DNA of 63,553 bases, counting the filler, from Sphaeroforma arctica JP610 (taxonomy: Eukaryota), in the NCBI RefSeq assembly GCF_001186125.1. It is 7 parts of 2 records of this genome, joined end to end, with 100 filler letters (N's around TTAATTAATTAA, not from the genome) between each part and the next. Parts side by side here need not be neighbours in the genome. Positions count along the whole stretch, not along the records: positions 1 to 16,123 come from NW_014040522.1; 6 more parts are not named here. The stretch is one strand, 5' to 3'. The position numbers and the translations under genes are program-made. How positions within the stretch are numbered: position 1 is the first letter of the stretch; every line of letters begins with the position of its first letter. The notes under the pieces are model-generated. The model did not search any database. It had not been told where the DNA came from and was given only the letters and a program-made list of their open reading frames with translations. Shown in pieces: positions 1-12,252 of this stretch.

Positions 1-570
1 ATATATTGGCTCGCATTGTATCATGCTTATCAATTTATTGAGCCATGGATCTTTTCTCCGTAATGGGCAACACAACGTGATGGTAGCTTTATGAATATGA
101 GTATAATTTGATAGCTGGGCAATTAACTGCCATGGTGGATTAGCCCACGCATTATGTTTGGAGAGGTCTATTTGAAAGTCGTCTCCCAAAGGATGATTTA
201 AAGTCCTGTAATTCGATAGTTGTGCATTATGATGTGCAGCAAACATATCTATGGTATGTGGCCCAAATATATTTTGAGCCAGTTCAAACCACCTGGGATT
301 ACACTTCCAGTCAGTGGCTAGTAACTCACGTACGGATTTGTTAAAGTTCGATACAAAGCGTGATAACATATCCGGTAAATGGTTATGTATTCTTGGCTTT
401 ATGTCAAAATGAAGCTTTGATATTGTATCATGCCAGCGACTCAGTAATCGTGAGTCGGGTTTCATCTCTTTCATATATTGAAGAGATTTCTGATCACACA
501 TCAGCGTAAATGCTGTTCCGTATAAGTAATCTCGGAAGTGTGTTAGAGCTGCCACTATGGCTAATAGCTC
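1..570 (-). CDS. Pol continuation of element A: RNase H C-terminus, then a Dam-like N6-adenine DNA methyltransferase domain (from ~312 to the window edge)
   Basis: Manual translation gives 190 codons with no stop: ELLAIVAALTHFRDYLYGTAFTLMCDQKSL..HNHLPDMLSRF..TDWKCNPRWFELAQNIFGPHTIDMFAAHHNAQLSNY..DFQIDLSKHNAWANPPWQLIAQLSNYTHIHKATITLCCPLRRKDPWLNKL. IDMFA is at 252..238 and NPPW at 141..130. Confidence 0.85.
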
Positions 571-1991
571 TTGTTAGCAGTTGGATAATTCAACTGTGAA
601 GCATTCATTGCTCGACTAAAGAATTGTATATATCTAGGTTTGATATCTATAACCTGATATAATATTCCTCCTAAGGCTAAGTCGGAGGTGTCCGTTGCTA
701 TCTCATACGGCACGCCATCGACCGGTCCTTGTACAACAAGGGCTTGTTGAACTGCGTGTTTGAGCGCTTTAAATGCGTCATCACATTCTTTATTCCACAA
801 GTCTCCTAGTTTGCCTTTATGACATCTTAAGTGTCCAAAAGGTTTAAGGTACTCAGCTAAATGTAATACTCCATTTGAAAAGAAGTTTACAAACCCACAC
901 ATACTGTTAACATCTCTTCCTGTAGTTGGTGTTTGCCAATCTAACAGGTGTTCTACCTTACCGGGGTCGATTTTAATACCTTCTCCAGATATACGATAGC
1001 CTAAGAGCTGTATTTCGCTCACGGCGAAGTGACGTTTCTTCACGTTAATCTTGTTGAGTCTCTGAAGGACTCGCCTGACTAATGCGGCATGTTCGCCTTT
1101 AGTCCTAGAAAAGACGACTATGTCATCTATATAGACTTGCACGTTAGGCATGTCTGTAAAAATTTCCTCCATTACTTGTTGGAAGAATGCTGGTAAAGAG
1201 TGTAACCCGAAAGGTGCACCTCTGAACCTGTATTGTTTACCTTTCCACGTAAAACTAAAGTATTTACGACTTGGTTCATATACTTGCATTTGATGGTATC
1301 CTTGTGTAAGGTCTAAAGTTGTAAATACTGTAGCACCTTCCATCCTTCGCAGTAGCTCGTTAATACGAGGTAAGTGAAAGCTATGAGTCGGCAATAATTT
1401 ATTTATCGGACTCATATCTAAACACACTCTGACTTTCTTAAATGATCCGTTAGAGTTATGTTGGTCTACGGCTAGCAGTGCCAAGTTAACTGGCGTCTGT
1501 TGATAGATAATTTCTATCACTCTATCTGCTAGCCATTTCTCAATTTGATCTTTTACCACAGCCTCCTGTCTCCAGGATACATAGTTCCTTGAGGGACACT
1601 TTAACTGTGTAAAGTCCACCTTGGGTATGTCAAGGCTGACATACCCGTCGTTAAAACGGAATTTTGCCCAATCTGTGATCTTTATCTTCTTGTTAACTAG
1701 AATCAGATCTATGATTTTGTTCGCAAAGTTAGGTATTAATGCCTTGACTGTGTCTGACGGGGGCTTATTTGGATTCAGACAGTTATCGTCTGACTGATCC
1801 TTTAATGGATCTATGTTATTTGGTAGACCAGTTACGGTTATACCTAGAGTGAATAAATCGCTCATTCCGACTACTATGTCGTACTTCTGTGACATCTCAA
1901 CTATCACAGCTTTGGCAGTGATACTTCTATCATCGGCCAGGGAGATTTTAACATATGTGGCCATGGTATCACACATAAAAAGTTTTATCAT
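561..1991 (-). pseudogene. Pol of element A: aspartic protease, reverse transcriptase and N-terminal RNase H, with a 1-nt frameshift near 571
   Basis: Protease-like CDTMA and DIVVGMSDL. RT motifs LDLTQGYHQ, PFGL and YIDD. Ty3-type RNase H ATDTSDLALGGILYQ..FFSR..NYPTANK. The expected ELLAIV continues in another frame from 570. Confidence 0.9.
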
Positions 1992-3032
1992 CTGTTAAAA
2001 TGAGGTGAGTTGTTTGTGTTCTCCTTTCGATATCTTTCATTAATGCAAAGCGATCAGATATACATGAAATTTCAGAACCAGGATCAATCAACGCAAGGAT
2101 TTTATTTCCATTGCAATATACAGGGATTATTACAAGCTCATCTAAAGAGTCGCTGTATTGTCTGTGTAACGATTGTAATCGGTAGTACCGTCAGTTCAAT
2201 TTACTATCGGGTCTGACGTTACACGATTTAGTGTGGTAGCCATTGGTCTTCTCACATTTATCACATTTTGTATGATAGTGTTTACAAGATTGAGCATGAT
2301 TTCCGTTCCAACAACCGTTAGGTGTTAACTGATACATGTTATAACCGTTAACTGATACATGTTATAACCACATTCCTCATCAGTACATTTCTTAACTTGC
2401 TTGTATGCAGATCCCTTGTGCTACACACTCACCTTCTTAACAGGGCGTGTAAATTGAGTAGATTCACGTGGACGTGTATGTTATGGTCTCTCGTATGAGG
2501 TCTACCTGGATACGTATCCTTGATCGGTCTGCCCCCGCGGTTTCTTAACAACCGCCTTCTCCTGTGAGGTCATTCGCTTCTTAAGAGCGGCTAACTGAGG
2601 TTCTCATTGATCAACTTACTTATGTGCGATGGCTGGTTTGATTCTGATTCGGGTCGGCTCTCTGAGCTTTCCTTCTCATCCTCTCTCTTAAGCGGGTTGT
2701 TTCCTTTATCCGTAATTGGAGTTAGATTCTTCTGAGTGTTCTCATCAGGATTAGTAGGGATCCTCTTAAGCTCTTTCTTCAGGGTACTTCTCTCTTAACG
2801 AAGTATCTTCACCCTTATCTGTTGTATTGTCCTGGTTATTAATACCAGTAGTAATGATTTCGGTTACGGACTGATTGTCCTCTTCTGCGGTCGCGTTAAA
2901 TGCGGCTGTAGCAGCGGCGTCTTTCTCCATCCTTTTCTACGCTTCTTAGAAGGAGTATTGTCTTTCTTGGTCACAATCTTAACTTATGACTGCTAGCTGG
3001 TCTCTTAAGGACTAGCTTGGACCAGAAAATTT

Positions 3033-3599
3033 TGTGGTAGTTATCTACCTTTACGTTCAAGTAGTCTAAGTAGTTAATACCTTTGCAAACTTTAAAATTT
3101 GGAAGATTTGGTCTAACAAGGCGATATTAAAGCCTCTGAATAAATAAACGCGCAGGTCTATCGTCTTGATGTCCTTAGTTATTGTCTTAACCAATAGCTT
3201 GCCACTTATCAAGAATTACCGACTTAGCTTTCATCAGACTGGCACATCTGGCTGGCTGATCGGAGGATCAACTAGGTAACGTTAATAGTCCCTAGAAACC
3301 TATATTCGGTTGAGCCATCTCGCTACCGAAGTATTCAGATATAAATAAAGTTGGAAAGTAAATATAGTTCTATTAATAGAACTAGACCAACTCTTATGTT
3401 TGGTATTTTACTGGGGCCTTTTAATGGCCTCGTCCAAATATCTGATATATAAAATAGTAAAGGTATTAATTAATAAAACCATTAAAAACGATTTAGGAAA
3501 CTTAAGTTCCTCGTGCTGTTAAGAGTACGTTTATAATTTACGTACTGCTTAAGAGTGTGTTTATAACATAGAGTCTAATGTGGAGGCCCGGCTATTACA
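3033..3599 (-). repeat. Possible 5' LTR of element A
   Basis: Imperfect inverted termini TGTGGTAG(3033)..CTATTACA(3599). On the minus strand it is followed within ~8 nt by TGGTCCAAG, a PBS-like start. No second LTR is in the window to confirm. Confidence 0.35.
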
Positions 3600-6365
3600 T
3601 CTCCACGAAAATTTTGTACCAAATTCAACTGATGTTTGGCAATTTCCAACAGGATTGAGAAGAAATTCTACCATTCCTGGATATTAATTGGCACCCGCAT
3701 TTTACATGCAGGTTTTGGACTTGCGGCAGCGTATGGTTATACCGTGTACAAGTACCAAATACCTCTTAACGAAAATATGGCACTGGGTTCAGCTGATGTT
3801 TGGCAATTCCTAACAGGATCAAGAAGATATTTTTAAATTCCTGGACGCTAATTGGTACCTGCATTTTACACTCATGGGTTGGGTCTGCGTTGCAGGACTG
3901 CGTGCGTCCCTCTACCGTGCGTATACATCAAAATACTCTCCACAAAAAATCCAGTAGCGAATCCAATGCCCTCACGACGAAGTTGTATAATTTGAAATCA
4001 GAACGATTTTCAATATTTATGTTTAGATTTCGCGGAACGAATGAGGAAGGAAAAGTAAAAGTAGCGCTCCATTCAGAACAGATGCCGTTAGAAAACCCGA
4101 ATCTGGAAAAATCACCCAATTAAGGAATGGTGCCGAAGGCAAATCTCAAACTGGAACTGGTATGACTTGGACCGCCAGGGACATCGCAGCAGAGGTTTGT
4201 GACAGGGCAAGCGCCGTATACATAAGTGGAACAAAGTCCTACGAGGTACGTCTCTCATACAGATACATTTCTATAATTCAAATTTTGTATCACCTCCCAC
4301 CCACGGCTAAGTTGTATATAAGTCGAAATCAGGAATATTGTCATTATCATGGTGAAACTCTCACAGGACCCACGAGGAAGAAAAATTCAAAAAATTCACC
4401 CCATTAAGGACTGGTGCAGTTGGAGAACCTAAAATTGGACGTAAAGACCTGGACCGCCAGGGACATCGTAGCACGGGATTTGCGATACGACAAGGACCGT
4501 GTAGATAAAAGGGACATAGTTCTACGAAACATATTCTCATACAGATACAACTCTAAACCCAAAATGTAAATCACTCACCCACCCACTCAGGATACAGACA
4601 ATTAGACGGTCGGCCAGACTAGAATATCGCAATAATCTTGTAAACAAATACTAGACTGTCCCATATGTGGTTCAGGCGTTCTCGAGGTACCTGTAGAAGG
4701 GTTTTGGGCGTGTTTGCAGAACAGCACGCCGCTCTACCATAGGGATAATATTATTTATTTCAAAAATGGCAAGTATGTATGATACAATGTATGAACATAT
4801 GGTATGGCTCTCATAGTCGCTGTAGTGGTTCAGGAAAGATTGATGGGAAGAAGTGGTCAGTAAATTCCCGTTCTACCATAGTATATCCATCAGGAAGACC
4901 TTTCAATATTTGTGTAAAATTGAAGCAAACCAATAAAGAAGGATATCTTGAAGTGGTTACATTTAAAAGGGTGATGCCGTTGTAAAACCTTAAACTGGCA
5001 GTAGCAAGACTTGGACCGCTAAAGATATCGCAGCAAGGGATTCGTGAATGGACAGCTATGTATAGATAAAAGGGACAAAGTCCTATGAAGCATATTTCTC
5101 ATACAGATAAAATTTTGAATTCAAATTTTAAATCACCACCCGCCAAAACTACAGCAATATAGCGCGCCGATTTACCGTGTATATACATTGAAAAACTCTC
5201 CACTAAAATGTGATAACAATTCCAAAACTAAGTTTGGAAGTAGCACCCTTTTAAGGACTTGTGCCGTTGGAAAATTCAAAACTAGAAGTAGTAAGATTTG
5301 TACCGCCAGGGACATCGCAGTCAGGGAATTGTGGTAGGACAAGCTTCGTATTGTTATGTGGAAGAAAACACCGTGAAGCATATTCCTTATACCGATACAA
5401 TTTGGAAACCGAAATTTTGATTTACCACCCGCTCACACTAAAGACAATTAGACAATTGGTTAGACTAGTTATCAGAATAGTAGTATAAATAAATACGATA
5501 GGCCCTTCACGCTAAAGACACTAACCCATACTACGGGTTCAGACGTTCGTGAGGGACTGTCCAAATTGGTTTGGGCACGTGTCGCCGAACAGCACGTCGC
5601 TATACTGTTTGCATGCGCAAAAATACTATCCACCATAATCTGATAGCCATTTCAACCGATGTTGGCAGTTTCCACCCGGATCCAGATGATAATATCAAGT
5701 TATACTTTTGCTGAACATTGGTTGACACCGGCATTATACACTCAAGCTTTTATCTCAATCATGTGGTATTGACATCTCAGAACGCATAGAATATATGACT
5801 AGCACATCGGCAGAAAGCCTGTTCAGTGCAACCCTGAGTATGAATGTACGTTTTCGTCTAGTCTATCTTGCGATAATAATATGTGGGACTGTCGTTCAAA
5901 AAATCTTGACTTGTCGGAGGGGCATGGACATCAAATTTTATTTATGTGCAAAGGATCAAGGAAGAATTTGTATTTGAACAGGTATATATGTATTATGCAA
6001 ATCTCATTGTCAACGGGCGAGCGAAGCGAGCGACAGTTTAGGGTTTTAGATGTTGTGGACCATTCTAGTGATGTGTGAAATAGAGACTGAAAGTAACAGC
6101 CTCGAAGGTGGTTCTGATAGTGAGCATAAAAAATGTGGACTATTTTGAGCGGGCGAGCGAAGCGAGCAAACGGTATACGGGGTGTGAATGTGAATATTTG
6201 CAATAAGATCAGCTCGTGAATTAAGCCATACGCAACAGAGTCGCACACGGGCGGGCAAGCGACATGGTATGTGACGAGAATCTGTGACGTTTTACATAAT
6301 GAGAATTAGTCAGGATGTGTACATGGTTCTATAACCCTTTTTACGGGCGAGCAAAGCGAGCGGGT
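3600..6365. repeat. Complex degenerate higher-order repeat of unknown class, possibly TE-derived
   Basis: ACCGCCAGGGACATCG-type block at ~4170, 4452, 5014 and 5302. GATGT(T)TGGCA(A/G)TT block at ~3630, 3795 and 5658. GAACAGCACG block at ~4718 and 5587. CGGGCGAGC(G/A)AAGCGAGC at ~6014, 6150 and 6344. Confidence 0.6.
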
Positions 6366-6682
6366 TATTAGTGTTGAGAATCAGTCAAGACGTGAGTATG
6401 AAGCTGCAAAATTAATCACATCATATGGTCACCCTTACCAAAAAAATGAACATAAACGTATTTTACTTGGGAGATTCTGCCGTTCCATAAGAACATTGAC
6501 CAGATCTGTATCTAGAGCCCGTAGTTGCTTACAGGCCGATGACCACTTGGGATTCAATCAGGTCTAGCCGAACGGTCTACCAAATCAAACAGTATCTAAA
6601 AGAGTAGACTAATAACACATATTTAAATAAATCTCAGATACGACAAAAAAAGAATTTAACTCTTCAATTTTGACCAAGATGT

Positions 6683-7075
6683 GCTCACCCCCTGCGAGTA
6701 ATAATGTTCTACGTTATTTAAATGTTGGAACCCAGAAGGATATTCATAAACTACTACTGTAGTGTAGCAAAACACCATACTCTTCAGATGGGAGATAGAT
6801 CTACCTATGCTGGGCTCACCCCCTGCGAGTAGTAATATTCCACGTTATTTAAATGTTGGAACCCAGAAGGATATTCATAAACTACTACTGTAGTGTAGCA
6901 AAACACCATACTCTTCAGATGGGAGATATATCTACCTATTCTGGGTTCACCCCCTGCGAGTAAATATTCGACGTTATTTAAATGTTGGAACCCAGAAGGA
7001 TATTCATAAACTACTACTGTAGTGTAGCAAAACACCAAACATACTCTTCATATTGGAGACAGATCTACCTTTGCT
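6683..7075. repeat. Tandem repeat, ~131-bp unit, 3 copies
   Basis: Units start at ~6683, 6814 and 6945 (G(C/T)TCACCCCCTGCGAGT..AACCCAGAAGGATATTCATAAACTACTACTGTAGTGTAGC). Confidence 0.9.
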
Positions 7076-7440
7076 GGCCCAAATTTATTACAAAATCAAA
7101 GCAATTATCCGGAAAGAATTCTCACTCTGCCCACTCTGAAAGTTAATAGTGACTCAGTTCACGCTCGAACAACGGCAGCCAGTACTACTAGGCCCCCCAC
7201 TATATTGATCAGACGAGACAGTATTCAAAGCTTGTGCATTAATGTAGTAGAATAGTCAATCACTGACTCCTTCACCGCAATGCATGCAGCGACACTACTG
7301 TATGCCATCGCGGACACGGTCCACTTCGACCTCCCTGCACCAACGGAATGGAGTGATAGTTTATAGTAGGCGTGTGTATTAACCTAATATAAATAGTATA
7401 GTTCAATATGATTCGTTCGGCTGTATACCCGGAGTTTCGA

Positions 7441-7871
7441 TTATTCAATGTACTTTCCAATCACGTGTGGTTGTCTGGAGTAGCGGAGATTCATGAGATC
7501 CGCCACCTCATCCAACGCGGTGAGAGCCTTCACCAGGTCTTCACCTTCAACATAATTGAATCCAAAAGAGAATAGCGATATAATTAGTACATCATACTGT
7601 TAACCGAGCTGAGTGCTATGTGTAAGGACGTACACCCCACATATTTTCTTATAGCTGGCGCCAAGGGTTGCGGGTATTATGGAACACCAGAGATGCAACC
7701 ACTCGGAAACTACACTTCCGCCGTAGAGTATCAATAAGAATCGCCGGGAAAAACGGATTGAACTTGAATATCGATAGTATAATTGTTTCACTTAGGTCGA
7801 TATAAGTCGTCGTGTTACGACAACCTGAGGGCGGCTGTAAGTAGAATATTGCAGAAGGGATGAAGTATGAT

Positions 7872-7958
<87 letters not shown>

Positions 7959-10900
7959 TATATATACGTGACGTATATAGATCAGAATACTGATCCAATG
8001 AGGCAATTCAAAACAATCATATCCATGCCAGCCTTGTTGCTAATACGGCTATGTCTTCATATATAGCTAAGCACTAAAGCAACCCATCACAGTGAATAAG
8101 TACACGCATACATATACCATCAAAGTAAATGCGGGACTTTCACGTATAATAATTCTACAAATGTAATAGAGGTCACATACGTGTATGAGACGACGACATG
8201 CAGAACCTCGCCCGACTGGTGATGATCGGAGTAGCTGGGAAACCCACCACCACCACACCAATCCCTCTGTGGAACATCTCACGACTAAATGCGCTGTTGA
8301 CGGATGGAATGCAAAATGAACGTGTGTGTTAGATGGGTTTTTGCCATAAGAGAGTGTAAATGATAGATGGTATACTGTAAAAGAGTGTATGTGATAGACG
8401 GGATATTGTATAAGAGAGCGGATGTGTTAAATATTATTGTATAAGAGAACGTACGTGTTAAGATGTGTTATTGTATCTTCTGTAATACTTGTGCAATGCC
8501 GAGCCAGCTTTGAAGTGAAGTAGGAGGTAAAAACCATACCTACGCTTCAAGAAAGTGTGAAGATGCGTGTGTTTAGCCAGACATGGGTCGGAACAAAAGC
8601 GTTTTCTTGCGCTTTAAATTCACGCGTGGTTTAAACGAGACGATAAGAGTGAGTGTCACTGCGGTCCCCGGACATAAATCTTAACGTGTCATTGCAGAAA
8701 TAAATGAATATATACAAGCAAGGTATAGCCCGGAAACAATGCCCATCTGAGTGAACAATTGCACAGAAAGCGTAATTAGGGCTATAATAGCTCAGTTCCT
8801 GTTTGTTTGGACTATACTATGTTATAGCCCGTACAAGGCCCATACTACCTACCAAGCTCACTATTGACACTTGCGCAATCGTAGAAGTTGGATATCAACG
8901 CCACCGATCAACAAGACACACGACTAAACGAAACTACCACACGATTTCTGTATGGTAATAAACCTTATCCACATCACATGCGCAGCTTCGTTTGACTTGG
9001 AAAAACAAACAAACTAAACAAACAGTTGCCCGGTATAAAGCAGAGACACAGACGGACAGGCGAGGCAATACCAGCCATTCTACCAGAAAGGCACCAAGGC
9101 TATGCCCGAAGCAGACCAGGCAGGGGTGAACCCGCAAATATACAGGGCAAAATCAGGGGGGCAAAGGGGAATACATAACAAATAAAGTCTGCAGCAAAGT
9201 AGTAGAAATACATAACATACGCGATCTTAGCAGGATAGTATAGAAGCACCGGGATGACAGGTGAATCGTCGCTGCCGTAAACAATCAGTCCCATCTCTAG
9301 GCACTGTGGGTGGAGTGAGGGCATGGTTGAGCCAGGCGTGAGATAACAACCAATGAGAGTTCATTAAACTTTCAGACAGCCAATGAGAGTTCATTTAACA
9401 CTCAGATAGCCCATAGGAGTTCATAAAACATTCAGACAGCCAATGAGAGTTCATAAAACATTCAGATAGAAAATCCAGCACTGCGCGTCAACTAGATGTG
9501 AGCATAGCTGAACACAGTGTGAGAACGAACGAGCTCACAATGACTGGATAAGGCATGGGCAAACAATCTACTAAGGGTTCACAGAACTACTAGGTATAAT
9601 ACCGCCACGCACCGTGGATCAAGTACAAGGGCTGTGATTATATGATGGATTATGCAAACGATTGGAGGATAGGTGGAGCCACCGTATATATATATATATT
9701 TATATAAATATAAATGCAGACCAGACCAATCAGGTTCAGTGTGGAATAGTCAACTTCAGAGGGTCGCGTCGACACTACTCTACGAACCTTTCAGGCGAGG
9801 CCTGACAGCTGCTACTGCATGATAAAGTGTGCTTGAATGACAATGTGTGCTGATGTTCCTGGTTGCTCCATACCTTTTGCCGGAAGTAGCGGGTGTTGTC
9901 CTGGATTTGCTTAATCTTGTCTACACCCTGAGTGCCGCCGATCTGTCCGTCAATCAACTTCAGCGACGACACTATCTGGCCTACAATAGGCGGAGATACA
10001 GAAGTGGCGTACATGGTGCTGTGGATCTTCAGTCGTAACTCATCCATGAGAACCTATTAACAAAGACAAACAGATGGTTACAACAGAAACGCAATGGCTT
10101 CAAAACGGTGTATAATTATGTATTGACATGCACACTATAACATAGTGATAGGCGGATATACATATATATATATACATATACATATACATGCATATACATA
10201 CAGACAGAAGTTGGAACGATCAGATATATGGAGCCACGTGTGTGGATCTACAGGAACATGTCTTGAGGAGTAGAAACTCCCAAGCGCTGACAGTGTGTTA
10301 AACAATACGCCTCATAGTGGTTCTTCATAGCAACTCATCTATTACCATTACATGCGCAGATTTCCAAAAATAAAAATAAAAATGCAATGCCTGACGACAA
10401 ACCCTGTGTGCGGAGCGGATATATTTACTATAGATAAATCTATATCTTTATGTATAGATGAATCTTTATGTATAGATGAATCTATATGTATAGATAAATC
10501 TATATGTATAGATAAATCTATATCTATATGTATAGATAAATCTATATCTTTATCTATAGATACAGATGGACTACAGTCACAACCAACAGACATCAGTCAA
10601 TCGCCAAAGGTTCATATTACTATGACTTGCAGATCATTGGTATCCCCTTACACCCGTCCCTTCCCACACCACTACATGCACAGTACAGCTACCTTGTCAC
10701 CAGCGACTAAACCCTCACCACTACATGCACAGTACAGCTACCTTGTCACCAGCGACTATACCCACACCACTACATGCACAGTACAGCTACCGTGTCACCA
10801 GCGACTAAACCCACACAACTACATGAACAGTGCAGCTACCGTGTCACCAGCGACTAAACCCACACAACTACATGCACAGTACAGCTACCTTGTCTCCAGC

Positions 10901-11757
10901 GACGTAGCCACCGGCAGCCCCAAATGATTTGGTGAATGTGCCCATCATGATGTCAATGTCATCTGGGGACACACCCCAGTACTCACACACTCCTACACAG
11001 AGCAGAGGAGAAGTAACGGAGGAGAGACAAGTTAACAGCGAAGGAGAGGGAAGTTAACAGACCAGAGGAGTTGCAACAGAGAAGAAAAGATTAACCCAAG
11101 TCATACGTCAAAGTGCTGTGCATGTAACCTATGTAGTTTGATAATTTCGATGTCCGAGGGGCCATGGAGTGGCTTTAGACTGCAGCAGACACCTTCGACT
11201 CTGTGACCAGACAGGGCTGCCGAGCCCAGTAGCACCACTCACGGTGTTGGGCCGTTGTAGCCAAACAGATCGAATACGTTATATAATAAATACGTGTCAA
11301 AAACGCGACAGGCGAGGTGACCTCACAGGCGCATATCCACACACTCAAATATCAGGTAGAAGAATTAGAAACACCAAACGAGCACAGGGGATGGACAGTA
11401 ACATACCTCGACCGGTTCTTCCCATAGCACCGATACTGTGGGCCTCGTCTAGATATACATACGCCTGCAGAATGGGGTCAATGGGTGGACAGGTAGGTAA
11501 ATACATGTGTGCGTAGGAATGAATGAAGAAACATGTATCTGCGCAATAACGCCTGCCCTCGGTATACGGATAGGACAGGCCATGGGTTAACACATAACCT
11601 AAAACAAAAAAGGACAGGCATCTGTGTGGACGCTCGCGGCCAATTACCAAGGAAAGGGCCACCAAATATATGCTACAACACACCAATGCGCGCGCAGGAA
11701 GCCTGATATTGGACCATCTTTCTGGCATGTCTGAGAGCGCCGCTGATCCAATGTGGG

Positions 11758-11790
<33 letters not shown>

Positions 11791-12175
11791 GCAGATCATA
11801 CTCCAAAGGGACTGTGTAGTAGGGTTTCTCGACTCAAGTTCAGAAGAGATCGTGTGGTGTATCCATCGAATGTGATGCACAAGACCGACTATACAATGCA
11901 GATCCGTTAAACGTGAATGAAGTAACAGATCAACAGCTTAACGGTATTGTGCCGATACATAAATGTCAGTTTATACAGGTTTATGTACAAAATTAGACGT
12001 GTATAATGATGATAAGAATAAATAAATAAACAAATATAATAATAATATATATGTGAACACACGCACACACACACACATTTTTATATGTGTACACATATGC
12101 ATATTATAAATGAAAAGTAAAAAATAAATGTAAATGTAAATATACATATACATATAAATATATCAATATCAATGT

Positions 12176-12252
<77 letters not shown>

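Larger units (their letters stand above)
1..3599 (-). mobile_element. Ty3/Gypsy LTR retrotransposon A, cut by the window edge: putative 5' LTR, degenerate gag, protease, RT, RNase H, Dam-like methyltransferase
   Basis: Pol motifs in ORF 1991..561 and the shifted frame below it. A Cys/His knuckle-like CDKCEKTNGYHTKSC lies at ~2266..2220. The LTR boundary is tentative. Confidence 0.85.

Noticed and set aside
1..1991. Classifying element A as a DIRS element, which would make the methyltransferase ordinary
   Set aside because: It has an aspartic-protease region and a Ty3-type RNase H, and it resembles element B, which has an integrase, a chromodomain and a TG..CA LTR. Not fully excluded, because the downstream part of A is outside the window.
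7792..8066. ORFs rich in YI, HT or CV dipeptides here and at ~12000, 14000, 23700-24800, 31800, 40100-40900 and 46500
   Set aside because: These are translations of (TA)n, (CA)n and (GA)n microsatellites or N runs.
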